Counted from the stretch's first letter, positions 40,907-51,209 are shown. The stretch: 64,000 nucleotides of DNA from Candidatus Thorarchaeota archaeon (GCA_019057475.1 DXJO01000010.1:128001-192000); one strand, 5' to 3'. The notes: a model not told the origin generated them from the sequence alone. Translations and numbers: made by a program.

Positions 40907-43900
40907 TTGGTGGACCAAATGAAGCATGCTAAGATCCTATTCATTTTCATCATACTCACCCTGATTGCCATTACGGTCGCTAGCACCGCATACGGTTGGT
41001 TCCTCGGACAGAACATCTACCAGAGTACATACTCAGCCAAGGCCGGAGTCAACTTCTGGGACACTTGGACCTTGGAGAACAACATCTTCACGGCCTCATT
41101 GCTACTAACACTTCTGAGTGTCATAACCCTGCCGCAGCGATCAACATTTCTCTCTTTCATGTCAGCAATCTCGCAATCCGGGCCTGTAACCAAGCGCCTT
41201 GATATGACATCTGCGGTGATTTGGAGGCTGCTTGAGTTTGGCGGGTTTTTCGTATTCTACGTGTCGACAGGCGGCTATTCGTTGACCGGCCAGAATGTAG
41301 CATTTCTAATGATGTTGTTGGGCCATGGATCCATCTCAATCACATCCGCTGATGTAGGAACGCTCTTTTCACTACCCTTCGCGCCGGGAACCAGCTCTGA
41401 GTCGATAGTGAGTCTAGTTCCAGCGATGGAGGCATATCAGCTCTATCTTGGGCTCTTTGCTACTTTCTTGGTTCTCACCGGAGTCCGGCTTGTTCTGTCC
41501 GCCCTTACTAACATGATGAGCCACAATCGCGACATGTTTGTTGTGATTCCCAAGATTCTGCTAGCAGTTTCCATTGCGATCAGCCTTGAGATTCTGGGTG
41601 TACCCATGTGGACAGTAAACGCCGGAACATGGATGAGCTATATGGCCCTGATAGTATCGCTCTTCGCTAGCATAGCAGGCGCTGTGCTATTCTTGTTCCT
41701 CCGAGTTCATATGGGCGATGCACAGCAGCGCACAAGAAGCAAAATATCACAGCTGGAGGAAGATTTCGCCCGTTTTCAGGGAGAGTTGGTATCTCTTCGT
41801 AACGAATACGAGAGTGGCGACGTCACTCCCATTGATTATCGCAGGAGGGTCACCCTCCTAATGGAGGACCGAGCCCACATTGCCAAAGAGTTGGGTCATC
41901 TCAAGCTCGAGAGTCTAATTCCAATTAGGGACTCCCCTCGGAAATTCGGTTTCCTTGCAGTCATTCTTATTGCGATGGTCATTATCCTGCCTCTCACACA
42001 AGGTTTCTACTATGGTATTCAAATGGAAGGCGACAAGTACATCGATTGGAAATTCAACTACGAAACCCACAAGGAAATTACCATAACGAATTGGGCTGCA
42101 GGATTGGATGACATGGAATCGCTGACGCTAGACGATCTCACATTGAACGCAACGCCAGAGGGAGAGGTCGAGTTTCTCACGACAGTCCGACAATGGGATC
42201 AGGCTGCCAGCTTCCTACGTATGAAGAACCAGATTGGGACGAATTGGATGGAGCTGGCAGATTCTGACATCGTCTATCTCAGGGGGCATGAGTACTGGAT
42301 AGCACCCTTGACATTTGATTACAGCGCAACCAGGACTAGCTTCATCAATCAACACCTCATCTACACGCATACTGAGGGTCTTATCGTACTCGATGCTTAC
42401 AGTGGTGACGTAATCGAACAGGATTCCCTAGTCGCTCTATTGAACCGAAGCGAGTCCATCGACATCTACTACGGTGAGGGGCGCGGTTTCGGAGATGTCG
42501 TCTTCACAGATGTTTCCGGCTTTGAGGAGATAAACAATGCCACCTTTCAGGGAACGCCTGACTACAATCTTGCAGGTTTCGAGTCCACCTTCTACATGCT
42601 AGCCATGGGTCCGGATGCGTGGTCTTTCATGGGCCGAAACATGAGTATGTTGGTCCAGCGTGATGTACTCTCAAGAGTGCGGACCATTCTGTTGCAGGGG
42701 TTGACTGCTGATAGAGACCCCTACATTGTTGTTGACACAGCTGGGAATCTCCATTATGCGGTATCAATCTACATTGACTATCAACTTGCCACAGGTTATG
42801 CCAAGGAGAACTACATGCGGTTTCTGGGCGTTGTCCTTGTAGACATAGGCACAGGCGAGCTGGAGTTCTACAAGTCACCCACTGCAGAGGAATCATTCTT
42901 CATTGACAGAACATACATGGACTACTACGACTGGCAGGAAGCACCCCATTGGCTTCAGAGCCAGATGAAATGGCCAGAGGACCTTTATGAACGCCAGCTT
43001 GATGTGGCATATATCTATCACGTTGATGATGGTCTTGTCTGGCAAGCGGGTCAGGATTTCCACGAATCACCGGATAACTCTGACACACGATACATCATAA
43101 TGCGAATAGGTGGCGAAGACCGATTCGTCGCCATGCACAACAGTGAGTTTCTCGACTCTGCGGGACGGAACTTGGCTGGCATCTATGTGATGGGATGCGG
43201 TGACACTGACTTTGGCAAGCTGACTTTCTATAGTGCGGGAGAGCCAGGGTTCTCCACGCTGCTTGGTCCAACCGCGGCAGTTCAAGCGTTTGAAACGAAT
43301 GACGAGGTTCGGACTCAGCTGCAACTCTGGGGCAAGCACAGGTATGGCAATCGACTCCTCTATCATCTAGGCGGGGATCTATTCTTCGTAATCCCCGTGT
43401 TTCTCGAAGTGGAGTCATCCACAAACATTGTCATTGAGAAGTTGGGAGGGGTTGGCCTTGTGGACGCTGAGAGCGGTGAACAAGTAGAGTTGGGCAGTAG
43501 TGTAGTAGAGGCATACTACAAGATGTTTGGGCTTCTCAATCAGACCGCTGTGGAAGCAGGAGCCGTTGGCGTAGAGAGCGCAATCTTTGACCCCCTTACG
43601 ATAGATTCAGGCGCTTTCTCACAACTAGTATTGGGTCTTAGAAACAATGACAATGTGAGCAACGATCTATGGGTTGACATTGTGATTGTAGCCGGCAACT
43701 TCTCGGTTTCGTGGCATGGAAGCGAAGTCGCTCCAACAGTATATCCCTCGAATACCACATTCACATTGAGCATAGGTACAGTGGGTGCAGGTGATATCTA
43801 TGGCACCTCACCGTCGGTTACAGTCTATCTGCCTACCGGCTTGGTGCTTGGCCAGTATCTGGTTTATGTGATTCTGAGGACAGAGGAAGGAGTCGCTGAT

Positions 43901-43930
43901 CAGGTCAGCCTAATCCTGACAGTGACATGA
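40907..43930 (+). CDS. UPF0182-family membrane protein
   Basis: N-terminal TM bundle, then VRQWD, HLIYTH..G, IYYGE, DPYIV, NYMR, WPEDL..Q, GN.L, IPVF motifs of the family. Confidence 0.78.
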   Translation: MVDQMKHAKILFIFIILTLIAITVASTAYGWFLGQNIYQSTYSAKAGVNFWDTWTLENNIFTASLLLTLLSVITLPQRSTFLSFMSAISQSGPVTKRLDMTSAVIWRLLEFGGFFVFYVSTGGYSLTGQNVAFLMMLLGHGSISITSADVGTLFSLPFAPGTSSESIVSLVPAMEAYQLYLGLFATFLVLTGVRLVLSALTNMMSHNRDMFVVIPKILLAVSIAISLEILGVPMWTVNAGTWMSYMALIVSLFASIAGAVLFLFLRVHMGDAQQRTRSKISQLEEDFARFQGELVSLRNEYESGDVTPIDYRRRVTLLMEDRAHIAKELGHLKLESLIPIRDSPRKFGFLAVILIAMVIILPLTQGFYYGIQMEGDKYIDWKFNYETHKEITITNWAAGLDDMESLTLDDLTLNATPEGEVEFLTTVRQWDQAASFLRMKNQIGTNWMELADSDIVYLRGHEYWIAPLTFDYSATRTSFINQHLIYTHTEGLIVLDAYSGDVIEQDSLVALLNRSESIDIYYGEGRGFGDVVFTDVSGFEEINNATFQGTPDYNLAGFESTFYMLAMGPDAWSFMGRNMSMLVQRDVLSRVRTILLQGLTADRDPYIVVDTAGNLHYAVSIYIDYQLATGYAKENYMRFLGVVLVDIGTGELEFYKSPTAEESFFIDRTYMDYYDWQEAPHWLQSQMKWPEDLYERQLDVAYIYHVDDGLVWQAGQDFHESPDNSDTRYIIMRIGGEDRFVAMHNSEFLDSAGRNLAGIYVMGCGDTDFGKLTFYSAGEPGFSTLLGPTAAVQAFETNDEVRTQLQLWGKHRYGNRLLYHLGGDLFFVIPVFLEVESSTNIVIEKLGGVGLVDAESGEQVELGSSVVEAYYKMFGLLNQTAVEAGAVGVESAIFDPLTIDSGAFSQLVLGLRNNDNVSNDLWVDIVIVAGNFSVSWHGSEVAPTVYPSNTTFTLSIGTVGAGDIYGTSPSVTVYLPTGLVLGQYLVYVILRTEEGVADQVSLILTVT

Positions 43931-43942
43931 CTCAGTCCAAGA

Positions 43943-44905
43943 CTACTGCATATGGTTTCGATACCAGTTGATAGTATGCTCCAGACCGGTTTCAAAGGGT
44001 ATCTCTGGTGTGAATCCAAGAACACTCTGGGCCCTTTCCATCGACCCTATGCTATGTCTGACATCACCTATCCTCGGGTCAACATGAATAATCTTCGATC
44101 CCTCGGAGGATGCCGCCTGATTGATTTTGTTTGCAATATCTAGTATTCGAATCAAGTCCAAACCGGACACATTGATGACTTCGCCATTCGCCTGTGGTGT
44201 TTTCCCTGCAAGGAATGTCCCCCTGGCTACATCGGTCACATAGACAAAACTTCGGGTCTGCTCACCATCCCCCTCCACAGCAATCGGTTCACTCCTGATT
44301 GCATGGTTTATGAAGATGGAAATCACTCCACTGTACTCGGAGTACGCCTGCCTGGGACCATAGACATTGAAGTACCTGAGGATGGTGGTTTCGATTCCGT
44401 ACGTTTCGCGAAACGCTTTCATATACTCCTCACCGGCAATCTTGGAAGCTGCATAGGGGCTAAGCGGATTTACGGGGGTTTCCTCTACTATCGGCATCTT
44501 CTCCGGATTTCCATACACGGCAGCACTAGAGCTAAACACGGCGCGACTGACATCCAATGCTCTCGCAATATCCAAAATGTTAACGATACCAGTCACGTTG
44601 TTTCTGTTGACCAGAATTGGATCTTCAATGGAGGCAGTCACGGAGGAGATGGCTGCAAGATGAAAAACTAGGCTGATGTCCGATGACAACTTCGACTTCA
44701 GGCTAGGACTGCAAACATCCGCCTCAATGAAACGGAATTCGGGATGTGATGAGAATGAAACCATATTGCCTTGGTTACCAGTTCTCATGTTGTCGATGCC
44801 AATGACACCACGTCCCTCTTCCAAGAGACACTCAACCAAATGGCTACCTATGAAGCCCGCACACCCAGTCACAAGTACTTTACCATCCATCTCGGCAACC
44901 ACCAA
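43943..44905 (-). CDS. NAD-dependent epimerase/dehydratase
   Basis: VTGCAGFIGSH, SSSAAVYG, YAASK, LRYFNVYGPRQ. Confidence 0.92.
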   Translation of the reverse strand: MVVAEMDGKVLVTGCAGFIGSHLVECLLEEGRGVIGIDNMRTGNQGNMVSFSSHPEFRFIEADVCSPSLKSKLSSDISLVFHLAAISSVTASIEDPILVNRNNVTGIVNILDIARALDVSRAVFSSSAAVYGNPEKMPIVEETPVNPLSPYAASKIAGEEYMKAFRETYGIETTILRYFNVYGPRQAYSEYSGVISIFINHAIRSEPIAVEGDGEQTRSFVYVTDVARGTFLAGKTPQANGEVINVSGLDLIRILDIANKINQAASSEGSKIIHVDPRIGDVRHSIGSMERAQSVLGFTPEIPFETGLEHTINWYRNHMQ

Positions 44906-45034
44906 TGAAGCGATAACGCTACCGTCTTATCTCTTGCGTGTCACGCCGTCAGACTTATGAACCAAGCTCATTGCCTCGTATCAATCAACCGATTAACTGC
45001 TAGACGCGGGCAGGGATGTCTGATGATTTCACAA

Positions 45035-45222
45035 CCGTTCATTGTAAGTTGGACAAACTTTGACAGGGAGTCTTTGTCCTCCCAAGAGCGGCACTGGGAA
45101 TATACTCCTTGAGGTCATTTTCCTGTCATTCAACCTCAAGAAACAGTGTCATGATTTGAGCATATAAGGTCGTATTCGAAAATGTCCAATATCATCCAAG
45201 TTTTGAGCAGCTGTCTGCAACC
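45035..45222 (-). mobile_element. Miniature non-autonomous element B sharing both ends with the tnpB element
   Basis: rc 45183-45222 aligns ungapped with tnpB-element left end 57588-57627; rc 45035-45097 matches tnpB-element right end 59860-59919; GG at both junctions. Confidence 0.85.
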
Positions 45223-45505
45223 CTTTGAGTTTATTCAGCTAATAGTCCTAATCCTGACCGTAGTCTTTTTTCTCTTGGCAATCGAGTACCGAAAGCTCTC
45301 ATTTGCAGTGATCGCATTCGCAATTGGCAATGGTTTCCTGAGCCTTACCTTCTTCGCCCTCGGTGCCCCCTTTGTGGCTGTCTTCAACTTCAGCATGTTC
45401 TCAGGCGCCATCGCAATCCTGTTTCTTGCTGCTATGAGTCTTGAGGCGCCAGCAGAGGAGGAATGTCCGGAGGATGATGATTATTGTGAGGTGAGTACCC
45501 AATGA
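45182..45505 (+). CDS. NuoJ-like (N-terminal part)/MnhB-related membrane subunit
   Basis: Three TM helices with L.APFVA...FSGAIAILFL; first gene of the nuoK-L-M-N-like operon. Confidence 0.75.
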   Translation: MSNIIQVLSSCLQPFEFIQLIVLILTVVFFLLAIEYRKLSFAVIAFAIGNGFLSLTFFALGAPFVAVFNFSMFSGAIAILFLAAMSLEAPAEEECPEDDDYCEVSTQ

Positions 45506-45768
45506 AACACAAGATTGCAGCAATCATGCTGTCAGTCATCATGGTACTCTTGATTGGCGTGCAACTCATGGACTTCACCGTTTTTTCCTTGAGCGCACCC
45601 ACAGAACCGCTTCTGAATCCCGCAGATTGGGATATCATAGGTCAAAGGGTTGGTGAGCTGATGTGGTCATACCGCGTGGTTGATGTGTTGATTCAGGTCA
45701 CATTGCTTCTTGCAGCAGTGATTGGTGCCTCAGCAATGTTTCGTTCAATGCGGAAGGAGGAGAACTAA
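45502..45768 (+). CDS. NuoJ-like C-terminal half
   Basis: IG..LM.Y...V.....LLLAAVIGA motif of the NuoJ C-terminus; overlaps upstream stop (ATGA). Confidence 0.7.
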   Translation: MKHKIAAIMLSVIMVLLIGVQLMDFTVFSLSAPTEPLLNPADWDIIGQRVGELMWSYRVVDVLIQVTLLLAAVIGASAMFRSMRKEEN

Positions 45769-45769
45769 G

Positions 45770-46099
45770 ATGTTCGACATGCTTCAAATCTATCTCATCT
45801 TTGCTCTCATCCTCTACGTCTTGGGCATCTATACATTAGCCAGCGCTAGAAATATGGTCAAGCTCGTTATTGGCATCGAGATCTTGGTCGCGGCGGCAAA
45901 CTTGAACTTCCTTGCTCTGGCCGCGTTCACTGCGGGGCCGAATATTCTTGGACCAATCGACCCCACTGTACAGACCTTCGTTATTCTTTCTATCATAGTC
46001 GGTGGAGTAGTAGCAGCAGTGGCCATGAGCCTTATTGTCAACGCTTACCGCCACTACGGGACACTTGACATCCGTGAACTCAGGAGGTTGAGGGAATGA
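45770..46099 (+). CDS. nuoK: NADH-quinone oxidoreductase subunit K / MnhC-like
   Basis: GIY....RNMVKLVIGIEILV.AANLNF, TLDI.ELR.L. Confidence 0.85.
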   Translation: MFDMLQIYLIFALILYVLGIYTLASARNMVKLVIGIEILVAAANLNFLALAAFTAGPNILGPIDPTVQTFVILSIIVGGVVAAVAMSLIVNAYRHYGTLDIRELRRLRE

Positions 46100-48096
46100 T
46101 TCTGCCTCTAGAATTGTTAGGCTGGCTTGTGTTTGTAGTGCCAATAGCTGGTGCCCTCTTCACGCCTGTCTTCGGCAAGATTCACCCCACTCTAAGAGAA
46201 GTCATGGCAGTCCTTGTTGGTTTCATCACCGCCTTTCTTGCTCTTGATATGGTTCTGGACATGCTAATTAGCCCCACCTCAATCGATAACAACCTAATCA
46301 CTTGGGTGATAACGGCTGGAATTGAGGTGGAGTTTGGTGTCCTAATCGACCCTCTCAGTGTCCTGTTGGCCTGCATTGCAGGAGGCATTGGTTCACTAAT
46401 CATCCTCTTCAGCGTGGGATACATGACTGGCCATGATGCCGAAGGAAATGTAGTCAAGGACCCAAGCCTGACCCGGTACTACTTCTTCATGCAATTCTTC
46501 GTTGCAGGAATGATCCTCCTAGTAATGGCGAACAACATGCTCATGACCTTCATTGGCTGGGAAATCGTTGGAATGTGCAGCTACGCGCTCATAGGTTTCT
46601 GGCACAACCTAAAGGAACCCAGTCCGGTGCCGGAGTACAAGACGGAGGGCGAGTACAACGCCGCGAGCGGCATGAAGGCATTCATGGTCACGAGGGTTGG
46701 CGACATCGGCCTGCTTGCAGGAATTCTGCTTCTCTTCTTCATCACGGGCACTTTCAACTACACTGAGATGCTCCAAACCGACGCTTGGGCTGTGGGTCTA
46801 TTCCATCTGTTGCCCATTGTGGCGATACTGATCTTTGCCGGCCCAATTGGCAAGAGTGCGCAGTTCCCCCTTCATATATGGCTGCCAGAGGCGATGGCTG
46901 GACCTACGACGGTCAGTGCGCTCATTCATGCAGCAGCGATGGTTAAAGCGGGGGTCTATCTTGTCGCGAGAATCATCCCCATCTTCCTAGAGGTCATGCA
47001 GACCGTGCCAGAAATGATTGTGTTCTTCCAGACGGTCGCGGCCATTGGTGCGTTCACTGCATTCATGGCGGCCACGATGGCCCTCGTACAGGACGAAATC
47101 AAGAAGGTCCTAGCGTATTCCACGGTTTCACAACTAGGATACATGTTCATGGCGCTCGGTGCGACTGGTCTTGTAGCAGAGAGCGTTTCTGCATATGCCG
47201 CCGGAACTTTTCATCTACTTGCTCACGCTTTGTTCAAGGCTCTACTATTTCTCGCCGCTGGGTCCGTCTTACACGCAGTCCAGAGTAAGAAAATGAGCGA
47301 CATGGGCGGAATCAGAAAGGACATGAAGGTCACTTTTGCAGCATTTACGGTCGGAGCACTCTCATTGGCCGGGGTATTCCCGTTCGTTGGCTTCTGGTCG
47401 AAAGAGCTGATTTTCGAGGCGTTATGGCTTGGTGGGCAGTACATCATCTTCCTCATTGCCTTCATAACGGCCATCCTGACGGCGTTTTACACATTCAGAA
47501 TGGTTGGTATCACGTTCTTTGGCGAGAAGTCCGAGCATATCAAGAGTCTGGAGTCACATGGGCATCATATTCACGAAGCACCTCCAACAATGACGATACC
47601 CCTCATCATACTGGCGGTGCTTGCCGCAACTGGTGGCATCCTTGAGATTGTATTCTTCGGATACTTCTCAGGGCTTGAAACCGGCGCACTCACACACTTC
47701 GATTGGGCACATCTTGCACCGTTTGCTCTGGGGATAACTACGATATTCACAATCGCTGTGTGGCTTGTGGGTATCACTCCAGCATATCTCATCTATTGGA
47801 GGAACAAGTACGACCTGAGCAGGTTCAAAGATGGGTTCCTCTACAAGTTCCTGTGGAATCGATGGTACATCAACGCACTCTGGTACAGAATCTTCGTTGA
47901 TGGTTACCTATGGCTGAGCAATGCAATCCATGCTCGCGTGGAATCCGCGCTGTTGGCGTTCAGTGGCGCCTTGAGCGGTGGCATGGATGGCGTATCGCGT
48001 GGTTGGAGACGTACCATGACTGGTGTGCTCAATACCAATGTATTGGGCATGATGGTTGGTATCATCGCGTTTCTATTGATTCTGATATTCTTGTAG
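46096..48096 (+). CDS. nuoL: Proton-translocating subunit NuoL
   Basis: FIGWEIVG.CSYALIGFW, KAF.VTRVGD, GKSAQFPLH.WLPEAMAGPTTVSALIHAA.MVKAG, HALFKALLFL. Confidence 0.92.
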   Translation: MILPLELLGWLVFVVPIAGALFTPVFGKIHPTLREVMAVLVGFITAFLALDMVLDMLISPTSIDNNLITWVITAGIEVEFGVLIDPLSVLLACIAGGIGSLIILFSVGYMTGHDAEGNVVKDPSLTRYYFFMQFFVAGMILLVMANNMLMTFIGWEIVGMCSYALIGFWHNLKEPSPVPEYKTEGEYNAASGMKAFMVTRVGDIGLLAGILLLFFITGTFNYTEMLQTDAWAVGLFHLLPIVAILIFAGPIGKSAQFPLHIWLPEAMAGPTTVSALIHAAAMVKAGVYLVARIIPIFLEVMQTVPEMIVFFQTVAAIGAFTAFMAATMALVQDEIKKVLAYSTVSQLGYMFMALGATGLVAESVSAYAAGTFHLLAHALFKALLFLAAGSVLHAVQSKKMSDMGGIRKDMKVTFAAFTVGALSLAGVFPFVGFWSKELIFEALWLGGQYIIFLIAFITAILTAFYTFRMVGITFFGEKSEHIKSLESHGHHIHEAPPTMTIPLIILAVLAATGGILEIVFFGYFSGLETGALTHFDWAHLAPFALGITTIFTIAVWLVGITPAYLIYWRNKYDLSRFKDGFLYKFLWNRWYINALWYRIFVDGYLWLSNAIHARVESALLAFSGALSGGMDGVSRGWRRTMTGVLNTNVLGMMVGIIAFLLILIFL

Positions 48097-48108
48097 GAGG
48101 TTGGTGAG

Positions 48109-49644
48109 ATGCAAGGAATAATCGATATCCCCATCCCCTCACACGACCTGATGATTCTCACACTGCTCGGCCTCATCTTCGGTGGACTTCTTGTCATGCT
48201 TGCAGGAAAGTGGTCTGAGAAGGGCGCACAGGCACTTGCAAGTCTTGTTCTACTTGGTGGCCTTGCACTGAACGTATTTCTCCTACTCGGTCCTGAGGTG
48301 TGGAGTGGGGGCGAGGTTCTCTATGAGGTAGTCTGGCTTGGGTCCGCAGATTCCCCAATAATGAACATGGGTTTCAGAGGCGACGGTCTCAGTACACCTA
48401 TTGCCATTCTGGTTCTTGGCTTGGGCCTTTTCTCAATCCTCTTCTCGACGGTCTACATGAAGAATCTGAAGCAGCCTGGTCTGTACTACTCCTTAATGGT
48501 CTGGTTCGTCGCCGCCATGGTGGGGGTAATCTACGCAACGGACCTCATGCAGTTCTTCGTGTTCTACGAGCTGATGCTCATACCTGCTTTCGTCTTGGTA
48601 TACGTCTATGGAGTTTCAGAAGATCCTGTCAAGCGGTCGAAGAACGCCCTTCAGTTCTGGATATGGACTGCCGCAGGCGGGATTGTATCTCTCTTTGCGG
48701 TGTTCATGCTGTTCGGTTACGCTGGCACAATGAGCATCTCGACACTGACGTCAGCATCGATTCCTGTCGAGATTGCAAAGTTCATTGGAATCATCTTTCT
48801 CTTGGGATTCGGCATGAAGCTCGGGCTCGTGCCTTTGCACGTGTGGGCGCCTCCTGTCTATGGTGAAGCGCCCATCCCGGTGCTTATTCTCCTCAGTGGA
48901 GCCATGACCAAGACTGCTGCCTATGGTGTGATTAGAATCGTCATCCCCATTCTATCTGAGGGACTCCGCGGTTACGCCTCTGGTCTGATGGTGATATCTC
49001 TCATCACAATGTTCTACGGCGCAATGATGGCAATCTCCCAAAAGGATCTCAAGATGATGCTTGCTTACTCCAGCATAAGCCAGCTTGGATACTTGATGTT
49101 TGGATACTCGACCATGACCTCCATCGGTGTCAATGGTGCAGCATTCCAGCTGATCAATCACGGGATTCTGGCCAGTCTGACATTCTTCTGTGCGGGTGCC
49201 TTGAAGATGAAGACTGGAACAATGAAATTCGACAAGCTGGGGGGTCTTGCTCCCAAGATGCCCGTACTTGCCACAGTCTACATTATTGGCGCACTCGCTC
49301 TTGCTGGCACTCCACCGATGTCAGCATTCGTGGGCGAGTGGATGATATTCGCCGGTGCAGCTGAACGTACTGCATTGGCCGGAGTTGGCCAGCCATTTTA
49401 CTTGGTCATGACTGTTCTTGCTGTAGTGGCTACGGGTCTTACTGCAGCCTACTACCTCTGGTCCATTAGGCGTATTTTCTTCGGACAAGTTCCGGAAGGT
49501 ATGGAGGACGCCAGGGATTCACCGCGGTTAATCTTGGTAATCACAGGACTGATGGCATTCGTCGTTGTGATTCTAGGCGTTTGGCCATGGATGCTTTGGA
49601 GATTCATAGGTCCGGTTCTGACCGGAGTTGTAGGAGGCGGCTGA
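48109..49644 (+). CDS. nuoM: Proton-translocating subunit NuoM
   Basis: FFVFYELMLIP, KLGLVPLHVW.P, KT.AYG, AYSSISQLG, GEW. Confidence 0.88.
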   Translation: MQGIIDIPIPSHDLMILTLLGLIFGGLLVMLAGKWSEKGAQALASLVLLGGLALNVFLLLGPEVWSGGEVLYEVVWLGSADSPIMNMGFRGDGLSTPIAILVLGLGLFSILFSTVYMKNLKQPGLYYSLMVWFVAAMVGVIYATDLMQFFVFYELMLIPAFVLVYVYGVSEDPVKRSKNALQFWIWTAAGGIVSLFAVFMLFGYAGTMSISTLTSASIPVEIAKFIGIIFLLGFGMKLGLVPLHVWAPPVYGEAPIPVLILLSGAMTKTAAYGVIRIVIPILSEGLRGYASGLMVISLITMFYGAMMAISQKDLKMMLAYSSISQLGYLMFGYSTMTSIGVNGAAFQLINHGILASLTFFCAGALKMKTGTMKFDKLGGLAPKMPVLATVYIIGALALAGTPPMSAFVGEWMIFAGAAERTALAGVGQPFYLVMTVLAVVATGLTAAYYLWSIRRIFFGQVPEGMEDARDSPRLILVITGLMAFVVVILGVWPWMLWRFIGPVLTGVVGGG

Positions 49645-49649
49645 GCTAG

Positions 49650-51209
49650 ATGCAGCTGGATTTCCTGTTCTCTCCTGAGTTTGCGACTGTGATGCCAGTA
49701 CTGATCCCAATCGTCTTTGCGATCTTGGTTGCAGTACTCTCCGAGGGGGTCCGCGTCGCCGTAAAGCGAGTCCCCAAAGGTCTCCCAGACGCTATTGCAG
49801 TCATAGGCTTCGCATTAGCCCTCGTGTACACGTACATGCTTGGAACCGAGGTTTGGGGCAACGGAGTGCACACATTCGTTTTCTCTTGGAGCGGCGGTAA
49901 TTACGTGATGGCCGCAGACGAGTTTTCCGTCTTGATGATGGGACTCTTCACATTCATGGGTCTTGTTGTTGCCTTGTACTCCGTGGGCTACATGAAAAAA
50001 GACACCGGCCTAGCTCAGTACTACATCCTGCTTCTGATCATGGTGGGCGCAATGAACGGAGTCGTGATTTCCACGGACCTGTTCACACTCTACATGTTCT
50101 ACGAGACCATGGGTGTTTGCAGTTTCATCCTTGTGGCTTTCAGAAGGACCTGGGAGGGTATCGAAGCCGCTATCAAGTACCTCATGATGTCTGCGATTGG
50201 GTCGACTCTAGTGCTTATGTCTGCTAGCTACCTTTACGGTCTAACTGGCACGCTCAACCTAGCTCTGATGTCACAGGCATTACAAGCACACCCCGAGAAT
50301 CCTCTTATTCCAATCCTCATTGCCCTACTCACTGCTGGGTTCGCTGTGAAGGGTGCTGTGGTTCCATTTGCAGCATGGCTTGCAGACGCTCATCCAGCGG
50401 CACCAAGTGGCATCAGCGCCATGTTGTCTGCTGTTGTGATCAAGGTTGGCATCTACGGTATCATTCGCATTAACACACTGTTGTTCCCAATTCACACCAT
50501 CTACTTCGACTGGCCGCTATTAATCTCAATCCTAGCCTTAGTGACAATGACCGCCGGCAACTTCTGGGCACTCACACAGAAGGACCTCAAGCGAATGCTG
50601 GCATACAGTTCGATAACTCAGATAGGCTTCATTCTCTTTGCATTCGGAACGGCCACACCATTTGGATATCAGTCCGGAACATTCTACATCGTCGTTCATG
50701 CTCTAACTAAGGGACTCCTATTCCTCTGCGCAGGAGCGTTCCTGCATGCAGTCGGCAGTCGTGATTTGGATGACCTCAAAGGAGTTGGCAAGATGATGCC
50801 TGTGACAGGTGCGTTCTTCGCAATTGGTGTGCTATCTCTCATGGGCATGCCGCCCTTGGCTGGCTTCTACGCGAAGTTCCTGATCCTCGCCGCTGGTGTC
50901 GATGCGGGAATCAACTTCACGGGCTATTACCTGTTGTTCACAGTCGTCGCCCTGTTCAATGCTCTGCTTGGCCTTGGCTACTACCTGAGGATGATAAAGA
51001 CAGTCTGGTTCGAGTCCATGTCCGAGAATGTCAGAAATGCCCATCGTGCTAGTTCTTCAGTCATCTTGGGGATGGGGATTCTTGCAGTCGCCCTTCTGGT
51101 CATAGGTGTGTATCCAGCTCCAATCTACAGTATCGCTGAGGCAGCAGGAACTGCCTTGTTGGACGTCGGTGGTTTCGTCACAGAGATTTTGAGCGCTGGA
51201 ACACCATGA
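49650..51209 (+). CDS. Proton-translocating subunit NuoN/MrpD-like
   Basis: EAAIKY, K...VPF..WL.DAHPAAPS..SA.LS, KRMLAYSSI, PPLAGF.AKF. Confidence 0.88.
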   Translation: MQLDFLFSPEFATVMPVLIPIVFAILVAVLSEGVRVAVKRVPKGLPDAIAVIGFALALVYTYMLGTEVWGNGVHTFVFSWSGGNYVMAADEFSVLMMGLFTFMGLVVALYSVGYMKKDTGLAQYYILLLIMVGAMNGVVISTDLFTLYMFYETMGVCSFILVAFRRTWEGIEAAIKYLMMSAIGSTLVLMSASYLYGLTGTLNLALMSQALQAHPENPLIPILIALLTAGFAVKGAVVPFAAWLADAHPAAPSGISAMLSAVVIKVGIYGIIRINTLLFPIHTIYFDWPLLISILALVTMTAGNFWALTQKDLKRMLAYSSITQIGFILFAFGTATPFGYQSGTFYIVVHALTKGLLFLCAGAFLHAVGSRDLDDLKGVGKMMPVTGAFFAIGVLSLMGMPPLAGFYAKFLILAAGVDAGINFTGYYLLFTVVALFNALLGLGYYLRMIKTVWFESMSENVRNAHRASSSVILGMGILAVALLVIGVYPAPIYSIAEAAGTALLDVGGFVTEILSAGTP

